64,000 nt of DNA, taken from contig CM059432.1 of the NCBI GenBank assembly GCA_030390025.1, positions 127,288,001-127,352,000 of the forward strand. Reading direction: 5' to 3'. The position numbers and the translations under genes are program-made. Below, in pieces: positions 1 to 64,000 of the stretch (position 1 is its first letter; each line of letters begins with the position of its first letter). Under the pieces are notes generated by a model. The model saw only the letters and a list, made by a program, of their open reading frames with translations, had not been told where the DNA came from and searched no databases. This stretch comes from Squalus acanthias. Lineage: Eukaryota.

Positions 1-532
1 GAGTTTCCGTAAGGACTTAATCCCATTCCCCTGTCCTTTCCCCGTGCCATGTTAATTTTTTTTCTGTTCAAGTATTTATCTGCTTTTCCCCTTCATGCCC
101 AACTGAAAATTCATCACAGACAAATCGCATTCTCTTTCTCTAAAATGTAGCCATCCTCAATTGTGTAGCTGGCACTAAGTAACTGTTTCAGGTCACCAGG
201 TAAAGGGGACATTTATAGAAACAGGTCTACAACAATAATTGGAATGGTTCAGCTTTAATGCTTGTATCCAATTTTGAGACTTACCTGGATAATCATTTCC
301 ACGTGATCAAATTGCATACAGTGTGAACCACCTATCACAAACACTTGTACCTCCCTCTGTTGTAATATGATTGCTAATCAGTACTCAAACACAAAGGGAT
401 GTGGTTAGTTACATGAACTTTACAGACTGGAGCAACCAGGGAAGGAAAACCATCACTGTTTTAGCCCAGTGAAATAGTGTTATCGAGTTTCTGAAGCTGC
501 AGGAACCTGAGAGAGAAACTATTTTACAACAG

Positions 533-63199
<62,667 letters not shown>

Positions 63200-64000
63200 T
63201 AGGGATTGTCACCACTGCAATCATAGATAAAGCTTTCTGATGTACTCCACTGTTTGATCATAACATGCAGTACATCTGGTTCCCTCAGTTTGCCAGAAAC
63301 TCATTTTAAGCAACACATGTCCTTACATGCTTTTGGATTGGTTCCTGAATGTAGTGTTATGGGTCAGTCCATTGTTCATACAAAGATTTGCATAGCAAGT
63401 ATTGGCACGCTCTATGATAAATAGTAGTGATAACATTACACAAATATACAATAGCATCATTAAAATTATTGACTGTAGTATAGCCTCGGTAAACCTAATC
63501 ACTGCTGTTTATCCAGACACACATTTTTTATATCAATACATCATTTTTGACAACGTGTTCTTTTCATGATTTTAGTTGTGCTTTAGAACTCCAATATTAG
63601 TCAACACTGCAGTGTTCCTTTCCCAGGACCTGCTTATCAATATTAATAACTCGATATTGAGTCTGCTAAGGCTCCTAGGTCTCTCAGATTCATCCTTGGA
63701 GTACGCAAATCATCTGTTTTTCCTTCCTATGTGCATTTCTTTCACTTGTCCACACTAAATTTCATCTGCCATCGTTCTGTCCACTTACATATTTTGTCCA
63801 ACTCGCTCTGTATTTTTTGTGCTGCCTTTTCCTATTCCACTGCCCTTCCTACTTTGGTATTATCTGCAAATGTAACCATTTTGCATTGCTTTTCTGAATC
63901 CAGGTCATTTATATAAGTTAGAAACAGTGAGTCCTGAGGCAACCCACTCAGTATTCTCTGCGCCCCCCCACCCCAGATGCTGGTATCCTTATACATTATC

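Overview
Eukaryotic (vertebrate) genomic DNA, almost certainly from a cartilaginous fish, judged by its HE1-type V-SINE, SacSINE1-type DeuSINEs, abundant CR1/L2 LINEs and Penelope-like termini. The window holds the 5' part of one + strand multi-exon gene, a type II ferlin that I identify as FER1L6 from remembered human protein sequence. I traced 20 coding exons (533-63172) with GT-AG boundaries and matching phases, covering C2B, FerI, C2C, FerA, FerB and the start of C2D; the gene continues beyond the window. One exon (53592-53709) carries a +1 frameshift with a premature TGA, and an internal GTGAGT donor could restore the frame. The introns are filled with nested mobile elements: CR1 and L2 LINE fragments, SINEs, TIR elements with 3-bp TSDs, a hAT element with an 8-bp TSD, and Penelope-like fragments carrying minimal hammerhead-ribozyme motifs. 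There is also a 25-bp minisatellite, a 1.2-kb C-rich tract and two long fold-back repeats. There is no CRISPR array or prokaryotic system. Most ORFs in the track are repeat-derived or spurious. Repeat boundaries were read by eye and are approximate, and family names come from recalled consensus sequences, not a database search.
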